DNA of 63,020 nt, filler included. It is 5 parts of 5 records of this genome, joined end to end, with 100 filler letters (N's around TTAATTAATTAA, not from the genome) between each part and the next. Parts side by side here need not be neighbours in the genome. Positions count along the whole stretch, not along the records: positions 21,772 to 30,996 come from SRR31156797_27527; positions 31,097 to 39,362 come from SRR31156797_27534; positions 39,463 to 63,020 come from SRR31156797_27558; 2 more parts are not named here. One strand, written 5' to 3'. Positions within the stretch are counted from its first letter, which is position 1. Each line of letters starts with the position of its first letter. Made by a program: the position numbers and the translations under genes. This document shows positions 29,469 to 40,322 of the stretch, one piece after another. The notes under the pieces were generated by a model that was given only the letters and a program-made list of their open reading frames with translations, was not told the origin of the DNA and made no database searches.

Positions 29469-30923
29469 TTAATCTCTAGGCCTACCTACAAGATATCCTT
29501 TTCCAATAGCATAGATATCATCAATTACCATTTGGAAGCTAATATCTCTACCTTCAAATTTAGCTCTCTCTTCCATCTTTTTCTTATGATAAGCTTTGAT
29601 TTCATCATCAAATGGCAGATTAGCACACTCTAGGAATCTAACTGCTCCGTCATTATCTCTAGCAGGAAGTACTTTCCCTTTGTTACTTTTACTTGGAGCA
29701 AAAGGTATATCAATAGTTCCAGCCTGGAATGCTCTAATGATTCCTATAGCAATATCACCTTCACCTAATTCAAAAGCTTTATTAACAATTGCTCTTGTTT
29801 CTTTTTTGATGATCTCTTTCTCTTCAGTTAATAATCCTGTATCTGTCATGATTTGATCTTTTAACATTTTAACAACTTGTTTAGTTGTTCTAAGTCCGCA
29901 TGCATTAGCTTCTTTAGTTGGAACACCCAAAGCTTCATGAGGTGTTTTAACGATAACTTTTGTAGCTCCTGATAAGGCAGCAACACTTGCTCCCCATGAG
30001 ATTACTCCGTAAGCAGCAGCTTCATCTTGTGGGAATCCACCCATCCATTGATGAAGTACAGTTGTTACAACTACATCTTTATATCCATATTTTTCTAAAT
30101 ACTCTTCAGTTAATTCCTGTAATGATCTGATAGCAGCAACATCTTGAATCTGGTTACCACATTGTCCGTACCCTACAGTGATATTTTTAACTCCTTGCTC
30201 CGCAGCTAATAAACTCTCAATAACTGCAACTGAATGAGAGATACATGGCGGTACAAGAGTTCCTGTAAGTGGTCCGAATGGTTCTCTGTTAATAGAGATT
30301 CCCTGCTCTTCATAGATTCCTATTAATCTATCAACATACTGCCAGTCATAGATTGTTTTCTCTAAAGAGTTATTTTTAGAATATGGAATATTATATGAGA
30401 TTCCTCCACCTTCATATGAAGTAAATCCACCTGCAATAGTGATCTCAGCTAATAATCTTGCATCAGGAGTTCCGTGTCTAACCTGTACAGGAGCATTTAC
30501 AGCTTCTATAACTTTTCTACAAAGATCAACACCGTGATTTACAGCCGGGAAACCATTTAATAGAGATCTACCAGCTTCTCTACTTTCAGCTATACCGACA
30601 TCAGCTTCTTTATATCTGTTATGTCTGGTATAACTATCAATAGTAGATGGAAGTAGATCAGCTCCACCTTCGTCAACTAAGAAGTTTAATAGTTCAATAT
30701 GTTTTTCAACAAGAGCAACTCCTGCTCTAGGTTGAATTAAAGTTTCGTTATTTTCTTTTGCATGTATTAATTTTTTTGAAAACTGCTTGTGGTCAGGAAT
30801 AGCTTTTTGATATTTTACAGCTTCGTCAAAATCAACATCTTTACCTGTTGGCCATTGCTGTAGTACTTCCTGCCTTATTTCGTGAAAAAGTTCGTCACTT
30901 AATCTTTTATTTTGGATTTTCAT
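29469..30923 (-). CDS. glmE: Glutamate mutase large (E) subunit, B12-dependent
   Basis: [74 protein letters not shown] before ATG 30923. Confidence 0.96.
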   Translation of the reverse strand: MKIQNKRLSDELFHEIRQEVLQQWPTGKDVDFDEAVKYQKAIPDHKQFSKKLIHAKENNETLIQPRAGVALVEKHIELLNFLVDEGGADLLPSTIDSYTRHNRYKEADVGIAESREAGRSLLNGFPAVNHGVDLCRKVIEAVNAPVQVRHGTPDARLLAEITIAGGFTSYEGGGISYNIPYSKNNSLEKTIYDWQYVDRLIGIYEEQGISINREPFGPLTGTLVPPCISHSVAVIESLLAAEQGVKNITVGYGQCGNQIQDVAAIRSLQELTEEYLEKYGYKDVVVTTVLHQWMGGFPQDEAAAYGVISWGASVAALSGATKVIVKTPHEALGVPTKEANACGLRTTKQVVKMLKDQIMTDTGLLTEEKEIIKKETRAIVNKAFELGEGDIAIGIIRAFQAGTIDIPFAPSKSNKGKVLPARDNDGAVRFLECANLPFDDEIKAYHKKKMEERAKFEGRDISFQMVIDDIYAIGKGYLVGRPRD

Positions 30924-30959
30924 TTTTTCCTCCAATTCGTTAATTTGCTATAAAAAACC

Positions 30960-30996
30960 TTGCCTACGCGGCAAACTGCGCAAGCCTTACGCTTGA
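30960..30996. repeat. Hairpin repeat shared with 29339-29354, at the contig end
   Basis: TTGCC-TACGC-GGCAA hairpin, then CAAGCCTTACGCTTGA (30981-30996), identical to 29339-29354. Confidence 0.65.
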
Positions 30997-31096
30997 NNNN
31001 NNNNNNNNNNNNNNNNNNNNNNNNNNNNNNNNNNNNNNNNTTAATTAATTAANNNNNNNNNNNNNNNNNNNNNNNNNNNNNNNNNNNNNNNNNNNN
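30997..31096. other. Artificial contig linker
   Basis: N run with central TTAATTAATTAA. Confidence 0.99.
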
Positions 31097-31097
31097 T

Positions 31098-32753
31098 TTT
31101 GGCGACGGCGATCAATCTTCTGAAGGGCTGTTTTATTCAAGACGAATCGGTCGAAGACCACACTATTTCCCCGATTTAAACGATGGCGAATATACTGAAG
31201 TACCCGATTTTACAAAAATTCTCGGAGCAGCAAAAATTACAGGAAAAACTTCGGATGGTTGGTCCATTGGAATTCTTGAAAGTGTAACCTCGAAAGAAAA
31301 TGCAGAAATTAAAGGAATTGGCGATGGACGTTCTCAATTAGTTGAACCCCTGACCAACTTTTTTGTAGGCCGTATTCAAAAAGATTTTAATGAAGGAAAT
31401 ACTTATTTGGGCGGAATGTTTACTGCTGTAAACCGAAGTATAAACGATTCTCATCTTGAATTTTTACATAAAAGTGCTTACACAGGCGGTATCGATTTTG
31501 TACACAAATGGGACAATAAAAACTGGATGATTGATGCCGGATTCTTTTTCAGTCAGGTTAATGGAACAACAGAAGCTATTACACAAACACAGAAATCATA
31601 TATTCGGAATTTTCAACGTCCCGATGTCGATTATATGAAACTTGACACAACAAGAACGTCATTAATGGGGCACGGCGGAAAAATTACAATTGGGAAACTG
31701 GGAGGTAATTTAAAATTTGCCGGTATATTTTCATGGAAATCGCCCGGACTGGAACTAAACGACATTGGATATGCACAACAGGTCGATCAAGTTTTGCAAG
31801 CCTTTTGGCTGGGTTACAGAATTTATGAACCATTTTCAATTTTTCGTGAAATTAATCTAAATTTAAATCAACACACTTTATACGATTTTGGTGGAAATCT
31901 GGTAGCTCCTGGTGGAAATATTAACGGGCACATGCAATTTAAAAATTACTGGAATGGATTTTTCAGCACAAATATTAGTGGAAACCAACTGTTTAATTCT
32001 GCTCTTCGTGGCGGACCGGCTTTAAAAGTTCCGGGATACAAGAATTTTTATACCGGATTCTCGACCAATCAGCAAAAAAAGTTGACATTCCGTATGAATA
32101 CCGGATTTTATTTTAGTAATGAAAAAGATTTTAGAAAGACCAGCAATTTTAATATTAATATTGGCTATCGTCCTATAAAAACACTTTCTATAAATCTTTC
32201 GCCTGGACTTAGTACATACAAGGATAATCTTCAATACGTAACACAAACCGAATATCAAAACAACACACGTTATGTTTTTGCGCATATCGACCGAAATACG
32301 TTAAACATGTCGCTTCGAATAAATTATAACATTACCCCCGATTTATCCATTCAATTTTGGGGACAGCCCTTTATTGCAACCGGAGAATACTCCGATTTTA
32401 AATACATAACAGACAGTAAAGCTGAAAATATTTTCGACCGATATCAAAATTATTCGCTTTCTCAAATAAACTATAATGTAACATCTGAAGTCTATAACAT
32501 TGACGATAATACAGATAACAACATTGATTACAGTTTTGACAAACCTGATTTTAATGTAAAAGAGTTTTTGTCTAACTTAGTGGTTCGTTGGGAATACCAG
32601 CCGGGCTCAACAGTTTATCTGGTATGGTCGCAAAATCGCAGTGATTACATAAACGATGGTTCTTTTGAATTCTCACGCGATATAGATCAGCTTTTTAATG
32701 TAAAAGCAAACAATATATTTTTAATAAAATTTTCATACCGTTTAGGTCGGTAA
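31098..32753 (+). CDS. DUF5916-type outer-membrane protein, 5'-truncated
   Basis: Frame open from the contig start with LFYSRRIG; ends SNLVVRWEYQPGSTVYLVW...FLIKFSY. Confidence 0.8.
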   Translation, partial: FGDGDQSSEGLFYSRRIGRRPHYFPDLNDGEYTEVPDFTKILGAAKITGKTSDGWSIGILESVTSKENAEIKGIGDGRSQLVEPLTNFFVGRIQKDFNEGNTYLGGMFTAVNRSINDSHLEFLHKSAYTGGIDFVHKWDNKNWMIDAGFFFSQVNGTTEAITQTQKSYIRNFQRPDVDYMKLDTTRTSLMGHGGKITIGKLGGNLKFAGIFSWKSPGLELNDIGYAQQVDQVLQAFWLGYRIYEPFSIFREINLNLNQHTLYDFGGNLVAPGGNINGHMQFKNYWNGFFSTNISGNQLFNSALRGGPALKVPGYKNFYTGFSTNQQKKLTFRMNTGFYFSNEKDFRKTSNFNINIGYRPIKTLSINLSPGLSTYKDNLQYVTQTEYQNNTRYVFAHIDRNTLNMSLRINYNITPDLSIQFWGQPFIATGEYSDFKYITDSKAENIFDRYQNYSLSQINYNVTSEVYNIDDNTDNNIDYSFDKPDFNVKEFLSNLVVRWEYQPGSTVYLVWSQNRSDYINDGSFEFSRDIDQLFNVKANNIFLIKFSYRLGR

Positions 32754-32783
32754 ATTATCTACGAAGGGTATTTAGTAGAAAAT

Positions 32784-32811
32784 AAAAGCACAGGTTTTCC
32801 TGTGCTTTTTT
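32784..32811. terminator. Bidirectional terminator
   Basis: AAAAGCACAGG-TTTT-CCTGTGCTTTTTT. Confidence 0.85.
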
Positions 32812-32862
32812 AATGTCGTTATTCTAATCGGAGAAAAATAATTTTGCAAAGAAATAATTCTT

Positions 32863-34140
32863 TTATTTCAAATTAACACACACCATTTTCTCCATATCGC
32901 GAACCACAAGCCTGCCAGCAGCATAAGCCATTGGTGCCCAGGCCTGCGATTTTGGAGAATCGAAAAATGATGCTTTTCCCAATTCTTTATATCCTTCTGG
33001 TGAAGGCTCAATTAAATGTACATCGCCGTTTTTTCCATTTTGAGCAACAATTAATCCATCAATCATAATTAATCCACCCATTTCAAAATTTTCAGAGGTC
33101 CCCGACTCCCAAACCAGTTTTCCATCCATATTTAAACAAGTGAGCTGATTTGGCCTGCCATTAGTATTCAAATAAATATGATTTCCAAAAACTACAGGAG
33201 GGTGCATTTTGCAACCAGTTTCTTCTGTTTTAAAAACTTCATTAACCTCAAAACCACGCTCATCTTTTGTAATTTCAAGCATTATAGAAACGGGGCTATA
33301 ATTGTCGTTATAAGAACAATCGGTTAGAAAAAGTCTTTTTTCATCTATTATAGTAGGCGGCGTAATGGTAGCGAAAGAATATAAACCATCATAACTCCAA
33401 AGTTCTTCACCCGTATTTACATCGAAACCCACAACCTCGTTGGTTTGCGTTGAATCATCTTTACTGTAAGGACTTATCATTACAATTTGTTCCACCCCCC
33501 CATAATTTCCAATGGTTGGCGAGACATGAAAATTATAACCGGTTAACGGACGGCTTTTCCATGCCAATTCTCCTGTTATTTTGTTAAATGCCACTACCCC
33601 CGCTTTTTTTCCCTGAGGGGCTACAATAATTAATTCGTTATAAACCAATGGCGATTGCGAAAATCCCCAGTTCGGGCGTTCAGCATCAAATTCATCTTTT
33701 AAATTATGCATCCAAACCACCTTTTGCGATTGTTTCTCGATGCAATAAAAATGACCATGCGGACCAACAGTCCAGATATAACTTTCATCTACAAAAGGAA
33801 CCGTTCTGGAGCCAGGATAAGGAATCTCACCTTCTGCTTCATACGAAAAACTCCATCTTTCTTTTCCCGTATTCAAATCGATACAACGTAAAACATCCGA
33901 TTCACCCTGAACACGATCCAAAATAAACACTTCATTTTGAAAAATTGCAGCACCTCCATAACCCGGTCCAAGGGGAAATTCCCATAATTTTTCAGGGCCA
34001 TTTTCAGGCCACAAACGAGCAATTTCTTCGCCTTCGAGTGTAACATTTCGGTTGGGACCTAAATATTGATTCCAGTTTTGTTGTTTTGAACAACCAGCAA
34101 ACATTAAAACAATCAGGATTAAATTTAACGCCTTTTTCAT
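32863..34140 (-). CDS. PQQ-binding-like beta-propeller lipoprotein
   Basis: Lipobox FAGC, WNQYLGPNR, repeated xDxxTGxxxW blades; TATATTTG -7 element at 34176-34169. Confidence 0.85.
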   Translation of the reverse strand: MKKALNLILIVLMFAGCSKQQNWNQYLGPNRNVTLEGEEIARLWPENGPEKLWEFPLGPGYGGAAIFQNEVFILDRVQGESDVLRCIDLNTGKERWSFSYEAEGEIPYPGSRTVPFVDESYIWTVGPHGHFYCIEKQSQKVVWMHNLKDEFDAERPNWGFSQSPLVYNELIIVAPQGKKAGVVAFNKITGELAWKSRPLTGYNFHVSPTIGNYGGVEQIVMISPYSKDDSTQTNEVVGFDVNTGEELWSYDGLYSFATITPPTIIDEKRLFLTDCSYNDNYSPVSIMLEITKDERGFEVNEVFKTEETGCKMHPPVVFGNHIYLNTNGRPNQLTCLNMDGKLVWESGTSENFEMGGLIMIDGLIVAQNGKNGDVHLIEPSPEGYKELGKASFFDSPKSQAWAPMAYAAGRLVVRDMEKMVCVNLK

Positions 34141-34317
34141 TTATTTACGATTTTAAGATTAGTTTGCTCAAATATAATGAATTACCGTAATCAGATATTA
34201 TCATTTACGCTCATTTGAAAATCATTAACAAGTTTCAAATATTTTTTTTTCGTAGTTATTTTATTTGAAAATGACAAAAAGGAATTTTATCTTCATCATT
34301 ATTAAACTACATAATTT

Positions 34318-35445
34318 ATGGCGGATAAAAAGTTGAATAAAACCCAGTTTGCCCCTGCATCTGTCGCATCCAGAGAAAAATTAAAAACACAATCGTCTAT
34401 TTTTGCTAATAATAAGATTCTAATTAATCTGGCAAATTCGCTTTCACAAATGCTGGTAGTATTAAATAAAGAGCGGCAAATTATATATGCCAATAATCTT
34501 TTTCTTTCTTTTTTAGGACTAACAGACGACCAGGGTTTGATTGGTAACCGGGCTGGCGAAGCACTGAAATGCATTCATGCATTCAGTCCCGGAAACGGTT
34601 GCGGAACTACGGAATTCTGTAAAACCTGTGGTGCAGTAAATGCTATTCTGGATTCACAAAAAGGAAAACAATCGGAAAAAGAATGTCGGATAATGACAAC
34701 AAATAACGATGCATTTGATCTGAAAGTTACCGCCACTCCTTATTACCATGAAAACGAAATGTTTACAACATTCGCCATTTCCGATATAAGCAATGAAAAA
34801 AGGAGGCAAACACTGGAACGAGTATTCTTTCATGACGTGTTAAACAGTGCAGGTGGAATTTCTGGCCTTTCAGGCATTATGCAGGAAATTCATGATCCCA
34901 AAGAAATCGCAGAAATTGCACAAACGATTAACCGGGCAGCCGATAATTTAATAGGAGAAATCCGATCGCAACGACAAATAAGTGCCGCCGAAAGGGGTGA
35001 TTTAGAACTCGACATAAAAGAAGTAAACTCTGTAACTATTTTAAACGATTTGACCGGACTTTTCTCTAAACACGAAATTGCCAAAGACAAAAACATAGTT
35101 ATTTCCAAATCTACAGAAGACATTAATATTTCAACCGATCCGGTACTTTTAAGAAGAATTCTGGGCAACATGATTAAAAATGCCTGTGAAGCTTCATTAC
35201 CCAATACCGATATAGTTATTGGCTGTACCAAAGAAAATAATAAAACTCGTTTTTCGGTACACAACAATACATACATTGAGCGTAAAATTCAATTGCAACT
35301 TTTTAAACGTTCTTTTTCAACAAAAGGAATAGGCCGTGGAATTGGTACATACAGCATGAAACTTTTTGGTGAAAAATACCTCAAAGGAAAAGTATGGTTT
35401 AAAAGTACAAGGGAAGAAGGAACCACTTTTTATCTGGAATTATAG
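34318..35445 (+). CDS. Cytoplasmic PAS-like sensor histidine kinase with a Cys cluster
   Basis: H-box FFHDVLN, N-box GNMIKNACEA, FSTKGIGRGIG; no TM segment; C-x9-C-x5-C-x2-C in the sensor domain. Confidence 0.85.
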   Translation: MADKKLNKTQFAPASVASREKLKTQSSIFANNKILINLANSLSQMLVVLNKERQIIYANNLFLSFLGLTDDQGLIGNRAGEALKCIHAFSPGNGCGTTEFCKTCGAVNAILDSQKGKQSEKECRIMTTNNDAFDLKVTATPYYHENEMFTTFAISDISNEKRRQTLERVFFHDVLNSAGGISGLSGIMQEIHDPKEIAEIAQTINRAADNLIGEIRSQRQISAAERGDLELDIKEVNSVTILNDLTGLFSKHEIAKDKNIVISKSTEDINISTDPVLLRRILGNMIKNACEASLPNTDIVIGCTKENNKTRFSVHNNTYIERKIQLQLFKRSFSTKGIGRGIGTYSMKLFGEKYLKGKVWFKSTREEGTTFYLEL

Positions 35446-35466
35446 AATCCGGAAGAACTGCTTACC

Positions 35467-36228
35467 ATGAAAAAAACTTCCAAAAGAATAGTACATAATC
35501 TGTGGTTGTTCCTTTTATTGATTTCGTATTTGCTATTTTCATACTACTATTTTGGCGGCTGGTGGAATTCGGCACTTGGAACCGGATTAATTCTTTTTTT
35601 TAGTTTTCTAATCTGGAAAAATGATTTTTTAACCGTTACCGGAACCAGGATAAACCGAAAGATAATTCTAAAAACTGTTGCACTTGTTCTGCTTTTTACT
35701 GCGGCATCGTACTTTATTATGCTGTATCTGGGGCATAAACACAACTCTGCTTTTCAATTTACAAACTGGAAAAACTATTTCCACAATATATTTTATATTT
35801 TAAATGAGGAAATAATTATGGGTTCCTTAATTCTTTATTTCCTTGTTCAAAAACGTAAACTTTCTCCGATATTGGCCTCGGTGCTACTTGCTATCGGTTT
35901 TTCAATCGTACATTTCATTTTTTATCGATGGATATTTACAGAAAGTGGTATTATTGAAGTATCAACATTGATTACACTTTTTCTTGTTGGTTTTGTTCGT
36001 AATAATCTTATCCTTCAAACCAAACACATCGGATATTCATGGGCACTTCATTTTAGCTGGATGACTATGATGTTTGGAAACCACCACTACCATACAAATA
36101 CAAACGAAAGACTTACCGAGCCTGAACGTTTCAATCTTTTTCTTGGATCGGCCGAAATGTTAACAACTGCAGCCGTACTTGCCATTATTAGTTTTGTATT
36201 TTTCATGAAAAACAAAAAACACCAATAA
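35467..36228 (+). CDS. CPBP/Abi (CAAX protease-like) membrane protein
   Basis: Multi-TM protein with NEEII, FSIVH and WALHFSW motifs. Confidence 0.6.
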   Translation: MKKTSKRIVHNLWLFLLLISYLLFSYYYFGGWWNSALGTGLILFFSFLIWKNDFLTVTGTRINRKIILKTVALVLLFTAASYFIMLYLGHKHNSAFQFTNWKNYFHNIFYILNEEIIMGSLILYFLVQKRKLSPILASVLLAIGFSIVHFIFYRWIFTESGIIEVSTLITLFLVGFVRNNLILQTKHIGYSWALHFSWMTMMFGNHHYHTNTNERLTEPERFNLFLGSAEMLTTAAVLAIISFVFFMKNKKHQ

Positions 36229-36396
36229 CGTTTTAATCAGGATAACTTTGATTCTTTCAGATTTTGTATGAATTGTGAATCTTTTCAATTTTGAAATAAA
36301 TAAATCCTTTAACAGAATTTTAAATCTGAAATAAAAACAAACAATCTCAAACATATTGGTTCATGGAATGTTACTTTTGGCAACAAATAAAATGGA

Positions 36397-37002
36397 ATGG
36401 GAATTAAAGTTTTACCGGAAACAAAAGGATTGATTTTTGATTTAGACGGGACAATATCGAATTCGTTGCCTGTACATGTAGCAAACTGGAATACCGTTGG
36501 TGAGCAATACGGATTTAATTTTGATCCAAAAATAATTTATGAAATGACCGGTATGCCAACCATTGAATTTGCACGGAGAATAATTCGTGAAAATAGTCTT
36601 TCTGCCGAGCCGCATGAACTGGTTCGGTTAAAACAACAATCGTTTTGGGATTCAGCACATTTATTACAACCCATTGATAAAGTAGTGGCAATAATTAAAG
36701 AATACCATAAAATACTCCCTTTATCGGTTGGAACCGGCGCCAGCCGTAAAAGTGCTGAAGTACAACTTGATGCATTAGGTCTAACGGCTTATTTCGATGC
36801 CATTGTTTCGGCCAACGATGTTATAAACCATAAACCTGAACCTGATACTTTTTTGGAATGTGCCCGTTTAATGGGAATTGAACCAAAATTCTGCCAGGTA
36901 TTTGAAGATGGCGACCTGGGAATAACTGCAGCCGAAAAAGCCGGAATGATGGTAACAGATGTACGACCATTTATAAATTATGGTGAATGGATACTTTCTT
37001 AA
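36397..37002 (+). CDS. HAD-superfamily phosphatase (YqaB/beta-PGM-like)
   Basis: FDLDGT, KPEPDTF, VFEDG. Confidence 0.88.
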   Translation: MGIKVLPETKGLIFDLDGTISNSLPVHVANWNTVGEQYGFNFDPKIIYEMTGMPTIEFARRIIRENSLSAEPHELVRLKQQSFWDSAHLLQPIDKVVAIIKEYHKILPLSVGTGASRKSAEVQLDALGLTAYFDAIVSANDVINHKPEPDTFLECARLMGIEPKFCQVFEDGDLGITAAEKAGMMVTDVRPFINYGEWILS

Positions 37003-37919
37003 TTGCTTTTAAAACGGTTCTCCCTCTTTTTTTGGTAATCTTTGCCGGAATAATATTTTCACGCACAAAAGCTTCCAACGAAAACTGGATAGAAATTCTA
37101 AACAAATATGCGCTTTGGATTGGATTCCCGGCACTTGTTATTGCATCGCTCATGTACCTCGAATTAAACGGCCAATCGTATGCGAAACTAATTTTATACA
37201 ATTCTGCATATATTGTATTTAGTATGCTGCTGGCATTTCCAATTGCAAAAATCTTCAGATTATCATCATGCATGCGTAATTCACTTTTCCTTATTTTATC
37301 GTTTGGAAATGTAGCTTACTTAGGCATACCAGTTTTAAACAATGCTTTTGGCGATGAGATTTTACCCGTGGCTGCCATACTTTCAGCAGTTTATTTATTT
37401 TGGCTATTTACCTTGGGAATTGTTCTTATTGAAAAAAATCAGGACAATCCGGTTAACGCCCCTAAACTCATTTTAGACCTGTTAAAAAATCCGCTTTTAA
37501 TATCCGTTTTTATTGGGCTTTTTATAGTTGTTTTCGATGTAAATCTACCCGGTTTTGCTGAAAAAACAATACTCCTTTTTTCCGATTCGGTAACTGCAGT
37601 TGTGCTTTTTTCATTGGGAATTTTCCTTGGAATGCATAAAATCGGAAATCCCAAAGACTGGTTAAAAGCATTTATATTCTCGCTGGTTTCGATGCTAATT
37701 TTACCGTTTATTTTTTACCTGGTTCTAAAAAATGGACAATTAAATACAATGCAATTTAATACTTCGGTTTTGGATGCAGCAATGCCACTTGGATTAACAC
37801 CTTATGCACTTTCGGTTCAGTATAAACTGGAAACTTCTTTAATGGCACGAATTGTAGTACTGGCTACTCTTTTGTCTATGTTTTTTATACCAGTGTGGAT
37901 TGTAGTTCTGGGGCATTAA
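36987..37919 (+). CDS. AEC family transporter
   Basis: FPALV, GNVAYLGIP, KNPLL, AAMP; about 10 TM segments. Confidence 0.88.
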   Translation: MDTFLIAFKTVLPLFLVIFAGIIFSRTKASNENWIEILNKYALWIGFPALVIASLMYLELNGQSYAKLILYNSAYIVFSMLLAFPIAKIFRLSSCMRNSLFLILSFGNVAYLGIPVLNNAFGDEILPVAAILSAVYLFWLFTLGIVLIEKNQDNPVNAPKLILDLLKNPLLISVFIGLFIVVFDVNLPGFAEKTILLFSDSVTAVVLFSLGIFLGMHKIGNPKDWLKAFIFSLVSMLILPFIFYLVLKNGQLNTMQFNTSVLDAAMPLGLTPYALSVQYKLETSLMARIVVLATLLSMFFIPVWIVVLGH

Positions 37920-38872
37920 AAGTTTATCTCAATTTCTATATCTGAGAGTTTACCAATAAATACAATCCTGCTTGTTGTATCTGAAATTAATGTATCTCCT
38001 TCTGAAATTTCAAAACTTCCGCCAACACCCTGCAAAATAAATCCATAAGGTTCATTCTCAAAACAAAGAATTCCTTTAACACGGTATATCTCTTTTTTAT
38101 GAATATCAAGAATATAGGAAAGCCAGTTTCTAAATGATTCTTTTTGTATTGCTGCCGAAAAAGAAATAGTTTTAGTGCTTAATCGGGCATGTAATTCTTC
38201 AATTCCTGTTTTTTCAAAAAAGAATTTTGGTTGAAACGAAATTGAATCCAATTGAATTTCAGAAGAAACACCGAATATTGAAAAAATAATTTTACCAATA
38301 GGATTTATTTCAGCTATTTTATTCTTTAACTCTTTTTGCTGAATCGGTTTTAATTGCTCCGATTTATTTATCAAAATATAATCTGCAACCGCAATTTGTT
38401 TTAACGAAATGTCCGGTTCAGGCTGATTTTCGAAATTTACCGCATCAACCAAACAAATGGTTCCATTAAAACTGTACAATTCCTTTAATTTCTCATCCCT
38501 GAAAAATGGCCGTATAACCGAAGCCGGGTCTGCAATCCCGGTGGTTTCAATTAAAAGATGTTCAACATTTGGAAAACGTTCAGCCAATTCAGCAAGTACC
38601 AGTTCATATTCATCGGAAATACTGCAGCAAATACAGCCGTTTTTTAATTCAAACATCTGGCTGGCATCCACTCCTTTAATCAGTTTAGTATCGATTGAAA
38701 CATCGCCAAATTCATTTTCTACCAGGGCAAACTGAATTTTGGGATTCTTTTTTAGAAGAGAATTGATAAATGTAGTTTTGCCGGCTCCCAGAAAACCAGT
38801 AATTACAGTTACATTTATTTTATCATTTCTATTCAAAATTTTCAGTAATTGACATTTTCTTTTACAGCACAA
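37916..38872 (-). CDS. CobW/COG0523 GTPase (metallochaperone)
   Basis: TGFLGAGKTT, ENEFG, NGCICC, ETTGIADP, NKSE, YRVKG; true start probably downstream of 38872. Confidence 0.9.
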   Translation of the reverse strand: MCCKRKCQLLKILNRNDKINVTVITGFLGAGKTTFINSLLKKNPKIQFALVENEFGDVSIDTKLIKGVDASQMFELKNGCICCSISDEYELVLAELAERFPNVEHLLIETTGIADPASVIRPFFRDEKLKELYSFNGTICLVDAVNFENQPEPDISLKQIAVADYILINKSEQLKPIQQKELKNKIAEINPIGKIIFSIFGVSSEIQLDSISFQPKFFFEKTGIEELHARLSTKTISFSAAIQKESFRNWLSYILDIHKKEIYRVKGILCFENEPYGFILQGVGGSFEISEGDTLISDTTSRIVFIGKLSDIEIEINF

Positions 38873-38897
38873 AGCTTATTAATCTTATTACCCGAAT

Positions 38898-39362
38898 TTA
38901 TCCAAATACTCCAAACAAATTTATAATAACAATTACAAGGGCAACAATTAAAACATATCGAACATATTTAGCCCCTCCTTTAATGGCGAAGTTTGCACCC
39001 AGCCATGCTCCCCCCATATTTCCGGCAGCAAGAATTAAACCGGCAGTTATATCAACTTGTTTATGAAATATAAAAATACCCAGAGAAAACAGCGTATAAA
39101 TCAGAACAATAAACACTTTTAACGCATTTGCTTTTACTAAATCCTGCCCGCACCCAAGAACCAATCCTGCAAGCAGAAAAAATCCAACTCCCATTTGAAT
39201 AAAACCACCATATAATCCAATAACAAAGAAAATAACATATTGTAAAACAGTAGGTTTTGCTATGGTTTGCCCGGCTCTTTCTTTTACCCAAATCTCAGGT
39301 TTTAATACCACAAGTAAAAACATTACTACCATTAATCCGGCAATTACTTTTTTTAAAAGTTC
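38898..39362 (-). CDS. TauE/SafE (TSUP) sulfite-exporter family protein, 5'-truncated
   Basis: GLYGGFIQMGVG, ANALK, GNMGGAWLGA; frame runs to the contig edge. Confidence 0.82.
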   Translation of the reverse strand, partial: ELLKKVIAGLMVVMFLLVVLKPEIWVKERAGQTIAKPTVLQYVIFFVIGLYGGFIQMGVGFFLLAGLVLGCGQDLVKANALKVFIVLIYTLFSLGIFIFHKQVDITAGLILAAGNMGGAWLGANFAIKGGAKYVRYVLIVALVIVIINLFGVFG

Positions 39363-39462
39363 NNNNNNNNNNNNNNNNNNNNNNNNNNNNNNNNNNNNNN
39401 NNNNNNTTAATTAATTAANNNNNNNNNNNNNNNNNNNNNNNNNNNNNNNNNNNNNNNNNNNN
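39363..39462. other. Artificial contig linker
   Basis: N run with central TTAATTAATTAA. Confidence 0.99.
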
Positions 39463-39473
39463 GATTTATTTTT

Positions 39474-40322
39474 CTATTTGTCAACAGGTCCTAAAGTTTC
39501 TTGTAACTGTTTTTCTTCTTCTAATGCCATAACTTCATCATTGAATTTTTTAATTGTTTCATCGTATCTATCTTCATCGTATCTATCTCTGAACAGAATA
39601 AAATCTTCTTTCGAAATAATGCCATCTTTCCAATCGTTATAACTATCAATTTTATTGTTTTCAGCAGCAATAATATTACGTTTTTTTACCGCTATTATCT
39701 TATCAAAATTTATTGTATTCATTGATGTCTTTTTGCTATTTTCCACATTGATTTTATCTATCAAACATTTAATATCAATTAGCGTTTCAATTTGCATATT
39801 TAGTGCTGCAAGTGTAGCGGATATAATATGTTCAATGATTATGAGTACAAATAGCAGTACCACGCTGATTGTACGCTCTACATTTATAATATACATACCA
39901 TCTTCCTTTTGCGAACTTAGGATTTCTTATCATTACATATCCGCAATCTTTACAACGAAGCAAACCAGACAGAACATATACTTTATCTCATTTCGAGATG
40001 TTTTTGTGCAGTATTTCTGTCTTTTATTCTGTACAAGCTCAAACTGTTCTTCAGATATGATAGGCTCATGCATATTAAAGGCTATAATATGCTCTTTATC
40101 ATCTATCTTAATCTCTCGTCTATCTTTATAGTTTCGTGTAGTTGTCTTATGACCTACAACAGCTCCCATATACACTTTATTAGTCAATATCTGTGTGATA
40201 GCAGCAGGTTTCCAGTTTGATGCAGAAGCCGTTTTACTGTCATTAAATATACTACCTGTTTATCTATATATTTTACGACAGGATATTCCCATATCATTTA
40301 ACTTTTTAGTTATACGAATATC
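39474..40322 (-). pseudogene. Large serine recombinase remnant (recombinase domain, Zn ribbon, coiled coil; catalytic N-terminus missing)
   Basis: RITKKLNDMGI..*..NWKPAAITQILTNKVYMG...HEPIISEEQF; a second frame gives LSGLLRCKDCG...YYKC...C; a third gives the coiled coil with a DRYDE duplication. Confidence 0.85.

Noticed and set aside
37916..38872. Functional link between the CobW-like GTPase and the B12-dependent glutamate mutase
   Set aside because: They are on different contigs, probably from different organisms.
8071..39462. Four identical TTAATTAATTAA motifs as a biological repeat
   Set aside because: Each sits in the middle of a 100-nt N spacer; they are contig-joining linkers.
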